Of a stretch of DNA of 42,911 bases, positions 17,036 through 25,579 are shown one piece after another. The notes beneath the pieces are model-generated. The model searched no databases. It saw only the letters and a list, made by a program, of their open reading frames with translations, and was not told the origin of the DNA. Both the position numbers and the translations under genes were made by a program. Origin of the DNA: Candidatus Omnitrophota bacterium (GTDB taxonomy: Bacteria > Omnitrophota > Gorgyraeia > 2-02-FULL-51-18); the NCBI GenBank assembly GCA_023248025.1, contig JAHFFI010000002.1, positions 1-42,911 of the forward strand, given 5' to 3'. The first letter of the stretch is position 1, and every line of letters starts with the position of its first letter.

Positions 17036-17838
17036 TCGGTACCCAAACGGCCCAGTCGTCCCGACCGACGAGCTTGGCCATACATCCACTGGAAGAAAAG
17101 CGATGCCAAGATGAAATAAACGAGATTGAGACCGAACGCCATCAGTATAAAATGGGGATGGATCTGGTGGGTCAAAAGGATGCTCCGCATGCCTTCAAAC
17201 ACATAAGTGCTGGGAAGCGTTTTGGAAATGAGCTGAAGCCACGGCGGCAGTACCGACAAAGGGTAGAAAATCGCCGAAAGCGGCTGAATGAGGAATGGGA
17301 CTCCCCAGATAAGCGCTTCGGCCGCATGTCCCCATCGGATCACGAGAGACGAGGTAAAAATACCGAGTGACCATCCGAACAAAAATAAATTTATCATAAG
17401 CGGAATGAGATAAAAATGAAGAGAACCGATAAGGCTGAACTTATAAAAGAAATAGGCCAGCACCGCCAGGATCACCGTGATCAGCGTCGTTTTCATCATG
17501 CTGTATAAAAATGTTGAGACCACCCATTCCCATATCTTGAGCGGGGACACAAGAAGATTCACTATATTCTGAGTCCAGATATCTTCGATGAACGAAATGC
17601 TGACGCCTTGCTGGCTGCGGTAGAGAATATCCCAGAAGATCATGGCGTTGATGAGGGCGGTCGCGGCTTGTGTAAACTTGTCCGGCGATAAATGTGTCAG
17701 ATACACGGACACGAATCCCCAAACGAGCAGTTCCATCACGGGCCAGAAAATAATCTCGAACGTACGAGGGAGACTTCTTTTGTGAAGATACGAGTATCTT
17801 AAGACCATGCCTAGAATGCGCTCCAAGGACCGGGTCAT
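17032..17838 (-). CDS. ABC-2 type transporter permease
   Basis: It is a six-TM membrane protein downstream of, and overlapping, an ABC ATPase gene. Confidence 0.8.
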   Translation of the reverse strand: MTRSLERILGMVLRYSYLHKRSLPRTFEIIFWPVMELLVWGFVSVYLTHLSPDKFTQAATALINAMIFWDILYRSQQGVSISFIEDIWTQNIVNLLVSPLKIWEWVVSTFLYSMMKTTLITVILAVLAYFFYKFSLIGSLHFYLIPLMINLFLFGWSLGIFTSSLVIRWGHAAEALIWGVPFLIQPLSAIFYPLSVLPPWLQLISKTLPSTYVFEGMRSILLTHQIHPHFILMAFGLNLVYFILASLFFQWMYGQARRSGRLGRLGTD

Positions 17839-18581
17839 GGGCTTTTTCCGCAGATGACATCGCCGCGAACGATCTTGATGAAGGCCTGCTCTAGTGTACG
17901 GGTCTCGAAAAGACGTGTGATGTCGGCAGGTGTGCCCTGCGCGATGGTCTTGCCTTGATTGATAAAGACTACGTGATCGCAGATTTCTTCCACCTCGGGC
18001 ATGTTGTGAGACGTGTAAAGAATGCCAAGATTTTTTTCACGCTGTATTTTTTTTAGCGTTTTTCTCACGGTGTCGGCCATTTCAGGATCGAGCGATGCCG
18101 TGGGCTCATCCAATAAAAGCAGTTCCGGGTCGTTCAGAAGACCTTTCGCGAGATTGAGCCGGGTCTTTTCTCCGGCGGAGAGCGCTCCGGTGACGCGTTT
18201 TGCCAAGTGTTCGATTTCGAAAAGCCCAAGCAGCTGGCTTATTTTTTTCTTGGCGTTTGGAACATTATAAATTTTTGAAAATATCGTCAGGTTCTCAATG
18301 ACCTTGAGATTGGAAGGCAGCTGAACATAGGCGGATGAAAAATTAAGGTGTTTGGCTATTGAATGGCGTTCTTTGAGCGGTGAAAGCCCGAAAACCTGTA
18401 CTTCGCCGGAAGTGGCTTCAAGTAGACCCAATAAAATATGAATGGCGGTCGTCTTTCCTGCGCCATTGGGCCCCAGGAGGCCTATAATTTTTCCGCGTTC
18501 AAGGCGCATTGACAAACTATCGAGTGCCAGAACGCCGGGATACTCCTTGCAGAGTTTGTGGGTTTCGATCAGGTATTCCAT
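17835..18581 (-). CDS. ABC transporter ATP-binding protein (exporter type)
   Basis: It has Walker A GPNGAGKTT, the signature LSAGEKTR and Walker B LLLLDEP. Confidence 0.9.
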   Translation of the reverse strand: MEYLIETHKLCKEYPGVLALDSLSMRLERGKIIGLLGPNGAGKTTAIHILLGLLEATSGEVQVFGLSPLKERHSIAKHLNFSSAYVQLPSNLKVIENLTIFSKIYNVPNAKKKISQLLGLFEIEHLAKRVTGALSAGEKTRLNLAKGLLNDPELLLLDEPTASLDPEMADTVRKTLKKIQREKNLGILYTSHNMPEVEEICDHVVFINQGKTIAQGTPADITRLFETRTLEQAFIKIVRGDVICGKSP

Positions 18582-18616
18582 TTGTTCATTTTATCATGAA
18601 ATTGAGAGATTTTTTC

Positions 18617-18644
18617 TTGCATGGTATCCCTCAGAGGGTATAAT
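18617..18644 (+). promoter_or_regulatory. Sigma70 promoter for the second PG-binding lipoprotein gene
   Basis: TTGCAT (18617-18622), a 16-nt spacer, then TATAAT (18639-18644). The spacer contains the palindrome CCCTCAGAGGG. Confidence 0.6.
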
Positions 18645-18670
18645 CGTTTAAATACAAGAGGGGAGAACTC

Positions 18671-19099
18671 ATGAAATACCCGTATTTTAAAATCATTTCA
18701 ATGGCAGTGGTCACTGCAATTTTTGTATCCGGCTGTGCCACCGCAAGACCGCGCAAGGCTCAAATGGATGAGAACTCTCAGGTCGTTGAGCTTCAGGGCC
18801 AGCTGCAGCAAAAAAACCTGGAGATCCAGGACCTTCAGTCGCAATTATCGAGCCGTGACCGAGCCCTTCCCGAGACGCAAGATTATGCTTCTAGCTCGAA
18901 AACGAGCAATATTATTCACGTCGCCGGAGTCAGTATTTCGGATGTTCAGCAGTCGCTCGTAAGGGCAGGTTTAAATCCGGGCCCTGTCGATGGCCGCGCA
19001 GGTTCCAAGACGAAAAAAGCCATTAAGGCATTCCAGCGCCGCAACAATTTACATGCCGATGGCATCGTCGGGGAAAAAACCTGGGCGCTGTTGCGCTAG
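18671..19099 (+). CDS. Lipoprotein with a C-terminal peptidoglycan-binding (PG_binding_1) domain
   Basis: It has the lipobox FVSGC, a coiled-coil segment, and C-terminal GPVDGRAGSKTKKAIKAFQRRNNLHADGIVGEKTW. Confidence 0.75.
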   Translation: MKYPYFKIISMAVVTAIFVSGCATARPRKAQMDENSQVVELQGQLQQKNLEIQDLQSQLSSRDRALPETQDYASSSKTSNIIHVAGVSISDVQQSLVRAGLNPGPVDGRAGSKTKKAIKAFQRRNNLHADGIVGEKTWALLR

Positions 19100-19110
19100 A
19101 ATAGGAACTC

Positions 19111-19389
19111 ATGTTCATTCATATGGTGCTTTTTCGCATCAAGAAAAAACATGTTCCTGTCTATCAGAAGGATTGTCGTCTCTGGGAAAAAGAGGCGGCC
19201 AAACATAAAGGCTACCTCGGTTATCACACGCTCTCGAGAACCAATGAAAAGGGCCATTATGCTTCCTTTTATATGTGGCAGAATGAAAAATTCCACCGCC
19301 GGTTCATGGACAAACACCATGATCGGCTGGTCTCGCTTTCCAAATGCCCGGTCGAAGTGCTGGGATATTATAATTTTAAAACGCGATGA
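19111..19389 (+). CDS. Small ABM-like (antibiotic biosynthesis monooxygenase / Dabb fold) protein
   Basis: The 92-aa product shows a ferredoxin-like beta-alpha-beta pattern (MVLFRIK...GYLGYH...YASFYMWQNE). The assignment is tentative. Confidence 0.45.
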   Translation: MFIHMVLFRIKKKHVPVYQKDCRLWEKEAAKHKGYLGYHTLSRTNEKGHYASFYMWQNEKFHRRFMDKHHDRLVSLSKCPVEVLGYYNFKTR

Positions 19390-19405
19390 AACTTAGATAA
19401 ATAAT

Positions 19406-20797
19406 ATGCAGCAGCCTCAATCCGTAGCCCTGCTTTTTCCGGAATTAAAAGAACTTCTGAAAGATAAGAATTACACGCTTCTTAAGCAGGTTCTGCGCGA
19501 ATGCAACCCACTCGACTTCGCAGATCTGTGGCCTCGTTTCGACGAGGAAGAGCGACTCCAGGTTTTTAAGCTTCTGCCTGCCAAAGCGGCGCTCAAGCTT
19601 TTTGAGATCCTTGACGTGGAAGACCAACGGAAGCTTTTGTCGATGCTCAGCGAAGACAACGCCTCTGAAAATGTAGCCCCGCTTTTAGAAAACATGCATT
19701 CGCCGGATCTGGCCAAGATCTTCAATAAAATGTCACCCCGCCTCGTGAAAAAAATGACAGGCCTCATCAAGCGCCAGGAGCATTTGGCCCACATTGACCT
19801 TATTATGCAATACTCGCAAAACACGATTGGCAATAAAATGCATCCCGAATTCGTAAAGCTGGGTCCCAAGGTTACTGCCAAACAGGCGCTGCTTCGATTG
19901 CAGGCCATATTGCGTCCGGGACAGAAGGAGCATCTTTATTCGCTTTTCGTGACGAACGAAGAAGGAAAAGTGATCGGCGCTTTGTCTTTCCAGGATCTTG
20001 TTGCGGCTCCTCCCGATGAAGTGCTTTCAGAGCTCATGTCATCGGTCGAAGGCATCAAGCTCGGGCCGGAAATGGACCAGGAAGAAGCGGCTAAGTTTTT
20101 CACGAAATACGGTTTAAATTCAGCGCCCGTTGTGGATGAAATGGGTCGCCTGCTCGGTATCCTTACGCTTAAAGATGTATTGTCGGTGATGCGTGAAGAA
20201 GCCACCGAGGATATCGCCAAGATGGCCGGTACGCGCGCAAAGGATTTGCGCGAAGAATCCGCGTTCAAGATTGTATTTTTTCGTATGCCGTGGCTTCTGG
20301 TGACGTTATGCGGCGGATTTCTTATTTCGCTTATTATTCATCATTTTGAACCGGTGCTGGCGAAGGTGGTTGCGCTCGCTTCATTTTCTCCGCTGATCGC
20401 AGGTATGGGAGGCAACGTTGGCTCGCAATCGGCGACCATCATGGTGAGAAGCTTGGCCCTTGGGCATTTGGAGAGCAAAATTGACCAGGTCAGAGCCATT
20501 CTTCGTGAATTCCGCGTAGGCGTCATGCTGGGTGTTATTTATGGTTTGGCACTTTCTTTGTTTGCTTACACCGTTTATGGCCATCAATACGGCGTCGAGT
20601 TTGGCTTGATTGTCGCGATCGGAATGGGCACGTCCATGACGGTGGCCGCTACCATGGGCGCCATCGAGCCCATTGTTTTTCATCGCCTGGGCATCGATCC
20701 CGCGACGGCTACAGGACCCCTGATTACCACCATCACCGACATTATCAGCAATTTCACTTATTTCGCCCTGGCTACGCTGCTTCTTCTCCGTCACTAA
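19406..20797 (+). CDS. mgtE: Magnesium transporter MgtE
   Basis: It has the MgtE N-domain, a CBS pair and a C-terminal five-TM domain containing GMGGNVGSQS. Confidence 0.9.
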   Translation: MQQPQSVALLFPELKELLKDKNYTLLKQVLRECNPLDFADLWPRFDEEERLQVFKLLPAKAALKLFEILDVEDQRKLLSMLSEDNASENVAPLLENMHSPDLAKIFNKMSPRLVKKMTGLIKRQEHLAHIDLIMQYSQNTIGNKMHPEFVKLGPKVTAKQALLRLQAILRPGQKEHLYSLFVTNEEGKVIGALSFQDLVAAPPDEVLSELMSSVEGIKLGPEMDQEEAAKFFTKYGLNSAPVVDEMGRLLGILTLKDVLSVMREEATEDIAKMAGTRAKDLREESAFKIVFFRMPWLLVTLCGGFLISLIIHHFEPVLAKVVALASFSPLIAGMGGNVGSQSATIMVRSLALGHLESKIDQVRAILREFRVGVMLGVIYGLALSLFAYTVYGHQYGVEFGLIVAIGMGTSMTVAATMGAIEPIVFHRLGIDPATATGPLITTITDIISNFTYFALATLLLLRH

Positions 20798-21258
20798 TGT
20801 CCCACATCCACGAGTGTTACGATTATGTGGTTTCGGTATTCATTGTCCACCGAAAAAAAGTACTTTTGGTGTATCATAAAAAATACAAGGAATGGCTTCC
20901 GATAGGAGGGCATGTTGAGCTCGATGAGGATCCGGAAGAAGCGCTTTACCGCGAGATCAAAGAAGAATGCGGTCTCGAAGTTAAAATCCTTGCTTCCAGG
21001 CCCAACATTGTCCATCCGGGCGTGAAGCCGCTATTAACACCGGAATACCTAGACGCTCACCGTATCACGGACGTCCATAAACACACCGCTTTTGTTTATT
21101 TTGGAACCGCTTTGTCTGATCGAGTGCGCCTGCATGAAAGAGAGCATCGCGAATACGGCTGGTTTTCGGCCAAGGAGCTGACGAGCTCAAAGCTTAAACT
21201 CACGCGTTCCATTCATTTTTATTGCCGCAAAGCGCTGGAAAAAGCCAAGAAAAAATGA
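20797..21258 (+). CDS. Nudix hydrolase
   Basis: The Nudix box is GGHVELDEDPEEALYREIKEECGL. Confidence 0.85.
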   Translation: MSHIHECYDYVVSVFIVHRKKVLLVYHKKYKEWLPIGGHVELDEDPEEALYREIKEECGLEVKILASRPNIVHPGVKPLLTPEYLDAHRITDVHKHTAFVYFGTALSDRVRLHEREHREYGWFSAKELTSSKLKLTRSIHFYCRKALEKAKKK

Positions 21259-21935
21259 CGACTAAAATAATGTTTGCGTATTTTATTCTGTGCCTTCTCT
21301 GTTCTCCGGTTATTGCGGAAGGGCTCCCATGGCAGCGCGTGATGGCTGTGTCTGGAAAAGCGGAGCACCGTCGCCCCGGAGCCGCCGCCTGGAGACCGCT
21401 TACAAAAGGGTTACTGCTCAAAAAAGGAACAAAACTCCGCACTTCGGAAAAGAGCACCGTTCAGATCGGCCTGGATTCCAGCTTTCACGCGGGTGCACAG
21501 CTTACACCGAAATCGCTTCTGATTGTTTTGTCAGAAAACCCGCTAAAGGTCTATCTCGAAAAGGGGTCCGTATTTTTTTTGTGCGAGAATGAGGTGCAGC
21601 CGCCCATAGAAAATTCAGTCAAGCGCGCCGCTGCGGGTGACGTCATATTTATTTCAACACCGCATCTGACGATACAACTTCATTCCGGCGGATTCGGCGT
21701 GACGACGTCCGAGAAAGGAACGCTTTTAAGCGTTTACAGCGAAAGTGTCCGATGGGCGCCGCGTCCCACCAAAGGCAGAGACGCGTTTCAGCGCGGAGAA
21801 GAAGGTTTTGGGTATTGGATCAAAGCGCATGAGACGGCCGCGGCCGCAAGGCGCATGCATTATGACGATTATCTGTCCTGGCAGGAATGGATGAAGAATT
21901 TCATGGAGCTGCGCGATGACGCGCTGATGCCTTAG
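21255..21935 (+). CDS. Secreted FecR-domain-like protein
   Basis: The internal ATG at 21255 overlaps the Nudix stop (ATGA). It has the signal peptide MTTKIMFAYFILCLLCSPVIA and a FecR-like pattern (VSGKAEHRRPGAAAWRPL.KG..L.KGT.LRT...S.V.I). Confidence 0.5.
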   Translation: MTTKIMFAYFILCLLCSPVIAEGLPWQRVMAVSGKAEHRRPGAAAWRPLTKGLLLKKGTKLRTSEKSTVQIGLDSSFHAGAQLTPKSLLIVLSENPLKVYLEKGSVFFLCENEVQPPIENSVKRAAAGDVIFISTPHLTIQLHSGGFGVTTSEKGTLLSVYSESVRWAPRPTKGRDAFQRGEEGFGYWIKAHETAAAARRMHYDDYLSWQEWMKNFMELRDDALMP

Positions 21936-23602
21936 TGAAAAATAAAACGATTTTTTTTCTCGTATTGTCATTGGCCGCTTTCTTTTTCTTTTTTCATCTG
22001 GGAGACCGTTCATTCCGGAATCCGGATGAAGGCCGATACGCCGAGATCGCCAGAAATATGGTGACAAGCGGCGACTGGATCAAACCTCAGCTGTATGGCG
22101 TGGACTATTTACGCAAGCCCATTCTTTTTTACTGGCTTGTCGCGCTTTCTTTTAAACTTTTTGGTTTTAATGAAACCGCAGCGCGTCTGGTGCCGGCGTT
22201 TTTCGGGTTTTTAAGCGTTGGCATCACATTTCTTTTTGCAAAAAGGACAATGGGACAACGCACGGCGGTTTTCACGGCGCTATTACTGATGACGAATTTT
22301 TGGTTCCTGCAGGTGGGTCGGTATCTTTTGATTGACATGGTCTTCACTTTTTTTATTACAGCGGCGCTTTTTTCATTTTTTTTGGCTACTTTGGAGGAGT
22401 CTGAAAGGAATCTGTATTATGTGTTTTTTTATATATCCGCCGGTCTTGCATTTCTGACCAAAGGTATGGCGGGATTGGTTATACCGGCTCTCGCTATTCT
22501 TTTATATATGGCCGCGGTCCGGAGGACGTGGGGATTTTTTAGACCGATCCGTCTTTTCGCGGGTTTTGCCATCTTTTTGGCGATCGTAGGACCCTGGTTT
22601 GTTCTCATTGCTATCAGGGAACCGAAATTTTTAGAGTTTTTCTTCATCCATGAGCACTTCAAGCGGTTTGCCTCGAGCCAATTTGAACACCAGGAGAGCT
22701 GGTATTTTTACCTGTGGGTTATACCGGCTATTTTTATGCCATGGACTGTGATCTGGCATCCCTTAAAGCGCGCAACGGGACTCATTCGCCAAAAAATGCG
22801 CGAAAATGCGTTTTTTTTCTCAGTTCTTTCTAGCGCGGGGATACTGGTATTCTACTCGCTCTCAAAAACAAAGCTGCCGACTTATATCTTGCCCGCGATC
22901 CCACTGCTTTGTTTGGTGCTTGGCCGGGTCTGGCGTGATTGGTCCGACGAAAGCGTATCTAAAAATACCGTCTGGCCGGTCATCGGGCCTGTTACGATTC
23001 TTATTTTTCTCGCGGTGGGGTTTCTCGTGGCATCGACTCAGATCTTTGCGTTAGCCGAGGGGCGTTTTAATCCCGATACGGCTGTTTATTTTCGCATCAT
23101 GGCGGGTGTAGCGGTGGCGGGAAGTGTTGCGGCGATTCGTGCTCTTCGTCGCGGGCGGCGCGACCTTTTCTTTTACATGTTAACGCTTACGACAGGCAGT
23201 CTGTCACTGGTTTTTTCGTATGTGATGGACGTAGTCAATCAAGACTACACAACCCGCTATTTTGCCGAGACGCTGTCACCTAGGCTAAAAAGCAGCGACC
23301 AGGTTTTTATTTACGACCATCCGGGGCCATTTTATGATTTTCGGTTCTATCTGAAAAAACCGGTGAAACTGGTGGGTCTGGCCGGTGAGCTTGAGCTGGC
23401 GGATAAAAGCGATCCGGACGGAAAGAAGGCTTGGGTGACACGGGATGAATTTTGGAAAAGTGTGGAGCAGCACAAATCCTTGTATTGCCTTATGCGAAGG
23501 TCGGATTATGAGGGGCTTTCTCGAGAGCAGAGGAATAAAACAAGCGTCGTCTTTCAAGACAAAAGAAAAGTCCTGTTTGGGGCCGGCATCGGGACCCAGT
23601 AG
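21935..23602 (+). CDS. Glycosyltransferase family 39 (ArnT/PMT-like lipid-linked sugar transferase)
   Basis: It is a polytopic membrane protein with N-terminal RNPDEGRYAEIARNM...WI.P and a C-terminal soluble domain. Confidence 0.8.
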   Translation: MKNKTIFFLVLSLAAFFFFFHLGDRSFRNPDEGRYAEIARNMVTSGDWIKPQLYGVDYLRKPILFYWLVALSFKLFGFNETAARLVPAFFGFLSVGITFLFAKRTMGQRTAVFTALLLMTNFWFLQVGRYLLIDMVFTFFITAALFSFFLATLEESERNLYYVFFYISAGLAFLTKGMAGLVIPALAILLYMAAVRRTWGFFRPIRLFAGFAIFLAIVGPWFVLIAIREPKFLEFFFIHEHFKRFASSQFEHQESWYFYLWVIPAIFMPWTVIWHPLKRATGLIRQKMRENAFFFSVLSSAGILVFYSLSKTKLPTYILPAIPLLCLVLGRVWRDWSDESVSKNTVWPVIGPVTILIFLAVGFLVASTQIFALAEGRFNPDTAVYFRIMAGVAVAGSVAAIRALRRGRRDLFFYMLTLTTGSLSLVFSYVMDVVNQDYTTRYFAETLSPRLKSSDQVFIYDHPGPFYDFRFYLKKPVKLVGLAGELELADKSDPDGKKAWVTRDEFWKSVEQHKSLYCLMRRSDYEGLSREQRNKTSVVFQDKRKVLFGAGIGTQ

Positions 23603-23608
23603 TTTATT

Positions 23609-24541
23609 ATGATCGCAACCATTACACTCAATTCTTCCATTGATCAGAATATTATCGTATCGGGACTTGTAAAAGACGACACCAACCGCGCGCTGGATGT
23701 TATCAGGTACCCGGGCGGAAAAGGGGTGAATGTTTCCAAGGTTGTCAGAGAGCTCGGCGGCCCCACGTTCGCGTATTCGTTGACGGGTGGACTGATGGGT
23801 AAAATATGGAAGCAGGGTCTCGAAAGACTCGATATTCCTTTTTACGCTATGCCCGTTGAAGGAGAGACGCGTATGAACATCGTTCTGACGGACCGCCGTG
23901 ACAATACGCAGACGCGCATCAGTTCGCCGGGTCCCCACGTCGGGGGAGCGGCTATCCGCAAATTCGTAAAGCATCTTTTGTCGGTACGTCCCAGACCCTT
24001 TCTTTGGGCGCTGGGCGGAAGCTTATCCCTCGGCATGAGGCCTTCACTTTATGCTGAGATTATTCATAAATTACAAAAAGAAGGTGCGCGTTGCATTCTG
24101 GATACGGACAATGAAGCCCTTCGATTGGGTGTTGAAGCCAAACCTTTTATGATCAAACCCAATGAATACGAAATAGAGCGTCTTGTGGGTAAGCGATTGC
24201 GTTCCTTGAGAGATTTTGAGGCGGCGGGTCGGAGTCTTATAAAAAAAGGCATTTCTATAGTCGTGGTGTCCTTGGGCAGCAAAGGCGCATTGTTTGTCAC
24301 TCATGATGAAACATTTCGTGTGACCACCCCGCGGGTCAAAGTAAGAAGCAAAGTGGGTGCCGGAGATTCTTTGATAGGAGGTTTTGCGTTAGGGCTATAT
24401 CAAAAAAAGAGTATCAAAGACTCTGCCAGACTTGGCGTCGCGGCCAGTACGTCCGCGGTGATGCGTGAAGCACCGCGCCTATGCCTTAAAAAAGACATCC
24501 CACCCCTGCTAAAACTTATTCACATCCGTAAACATATTTAA
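23609..24541 (+). CDS. pfkB: PfkB-family sugar kinase (1-phosphofructokinase/tagatose-6-P kinase type)
   Basis: It has the N-terminal TLNSSIDQ, then GGKGVNVS and a C-terminal GAGDSLIGGF. Confidence 0.85.
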   Translation: MIATITLNSSIDQNIIVSGLVKDDTNRALDVIRYPGGKGVNVSKVVRELGGPTFAYSLTGGLMGKIWKQGLERLDIPFYAMPVEGETRMNIVLTDRRDNTQTRISSPGPHVGGAAIRKFVKHLLSVRPRPFLWALGGSLSLGMRPSLYAEIIHKLQKEGARCILDTDNEALRLGVEAKPFMIKPNEYEIERLVGKRLRSLRDFEAAGRSLIKKGISIVVVSLGSKGALFVTHDETFRVTTPRVKVRSKVGAGDSLIGGFALGLYQKKSIKDSARLGVAASTSAVMREAPRLCLKKDIPPLLKLIHIRKHI

Positions 24542-24579
24542 ACCGCCACTCGTCGGAAGTGTTAGGCGACATCGTTGCA

Positions 24580-24937
24580 ATAGTACAGCCATTGCTGTAA
24601 CCGCCGGGTCCTGTCAAAGGACAAGGTCTATTTGTCCTCGCCGTCTATTAGCGGCTCCGGGCAAATAGAGCATTCCCTTCGCCACCCGTCGGGTTCTCTT
24701 TGTTTTAATAGAACTCTCATTAGCGAATGGTCTAGGACCCCGGAAGTGGTCCTTGGGGGCGCGTTTGAGATTGGCGAGCCATGGAAACCTACTCTTACAC
24801 ACGAGCCAATCTCAACCGAGCGAGAGATTTCCTCGGAGGGGAAATCCGAGCGTCGACCCAAAGGACTACTTCCGGGGTCCGGGACCTGGAAATTCCCCCT
24901 CTGGACAGGGTATTGGTTAGTGGGTATAATCACTTGT
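24580..24937 (+). repeat. Structured repeat element, copy C (plus sense, lacks the 52-nt insertion, diverged termini)
   Basis: It is collinear with copy B. Hairpin 1 is completely re-paired (TTGAGATTGGC/GCCAATCTCAA). Confidence 0.8.
24902..24930 (+). promoter_or_regulatory. Putative sigma70 promoter for the peroxiredoxin gene, embedded in the 3' end of repeat C
   Basis: TGGACA (24902-24907), a 17-nt spacer, then TATAAT (24925-24930). A GGAGG RBS lies at 24947-24951 and the ATG at 24960. Confidence 0.5.
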
Positions 24938-24959
24938 TATTAATGGGGAGGTAAAATTC

Positions 24960-25499
24960 ATGTCAGCTGGTATTCAAGAAAAGTTACAAATCGGCCAGAA
25001 AACCCCGGATTTTGCGGGTCAGGCGCTCATGCCGGACGGCAGCTTTAAAGATGTAAAGTTGTCGGATTATAAAGGCAAGTGGCTTGTGGTGTTTTTCTAT
25101 CCTTTGGATTTTACTTTTGTCTGTCCGACCGAGATCCAGGGCTTCAACCAGCATTATAGTGAAATCAAGAAATTGAATGCCGATGTCATCTCAGTCAGCA
25201 CCGACAGTGTTTATTCCCATAAAGCCTGGGTGGATAACGGGCTGGGCAAGGTGCAGTTTCCGATGCTGGGCGATACCAACCATCTAGTCTCCCGGAATTT
25301 CAACGTGCTGATTGAAGATAAGGGGATAGCGCTTCGCGGCACGTTCATTATCGATCAGAACGGCATTTTAAAATCCGCGACGGTGAATGATCTGCCAGTC
25401 GGCCGCAGCGTTCCCGAAACACTCAGGACGCTACAGGCGCTTCAGACCGGTAAACTGACCGGCTGCGATTGGAAGCCCGGCGAGAAAACTTTAAATTAA
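24960..25499 (+). CDS. 2-Cys peroxiredoxin (AhpC/Tsa family)
   Basis: The peroxidatic Cys motif is FYPLDFTFVCPTE, and the resolving Cys lies in GCDWKPG. Confidence 0.9.
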   Translation: MSAGIQEKLQIGQKTPDFAGQALMPDGSFKDVKLSDYKGKWLVVFFYPLDFTFVCPTEIQGFNQHYSEIKKLNADVISVSTDSVYSHKAWVDNGLGKVQFPMLGDTNHLVSRNFNVLIEDKGIALRGTFIIDQNGILKSATVNDLPVGRSVPETLRTLQALQTGKLTGCDWKPGEKTLN

Positions 25500-25516
25500 T
25501 ATAAAAAGTAATCGAT

Positions 25517-25574
25517 GAGAACTCTTACGGCGGCCTAGAAAGCGTAAGGTCGCAGTAAGAGTTTCTCCTTTTTT
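25517..25574 (+). terminator. Rho-independent terminator (long compound hairpin)
   Basis: The outer stem GAGAACTCTTAC/GTAAGAGTTTCTC encloses an inner CTTACG/CGTAAG stem and is followed by CTTTTTT. Confidence 0.7.
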
Positions 25575-25579
25575 GGGAG

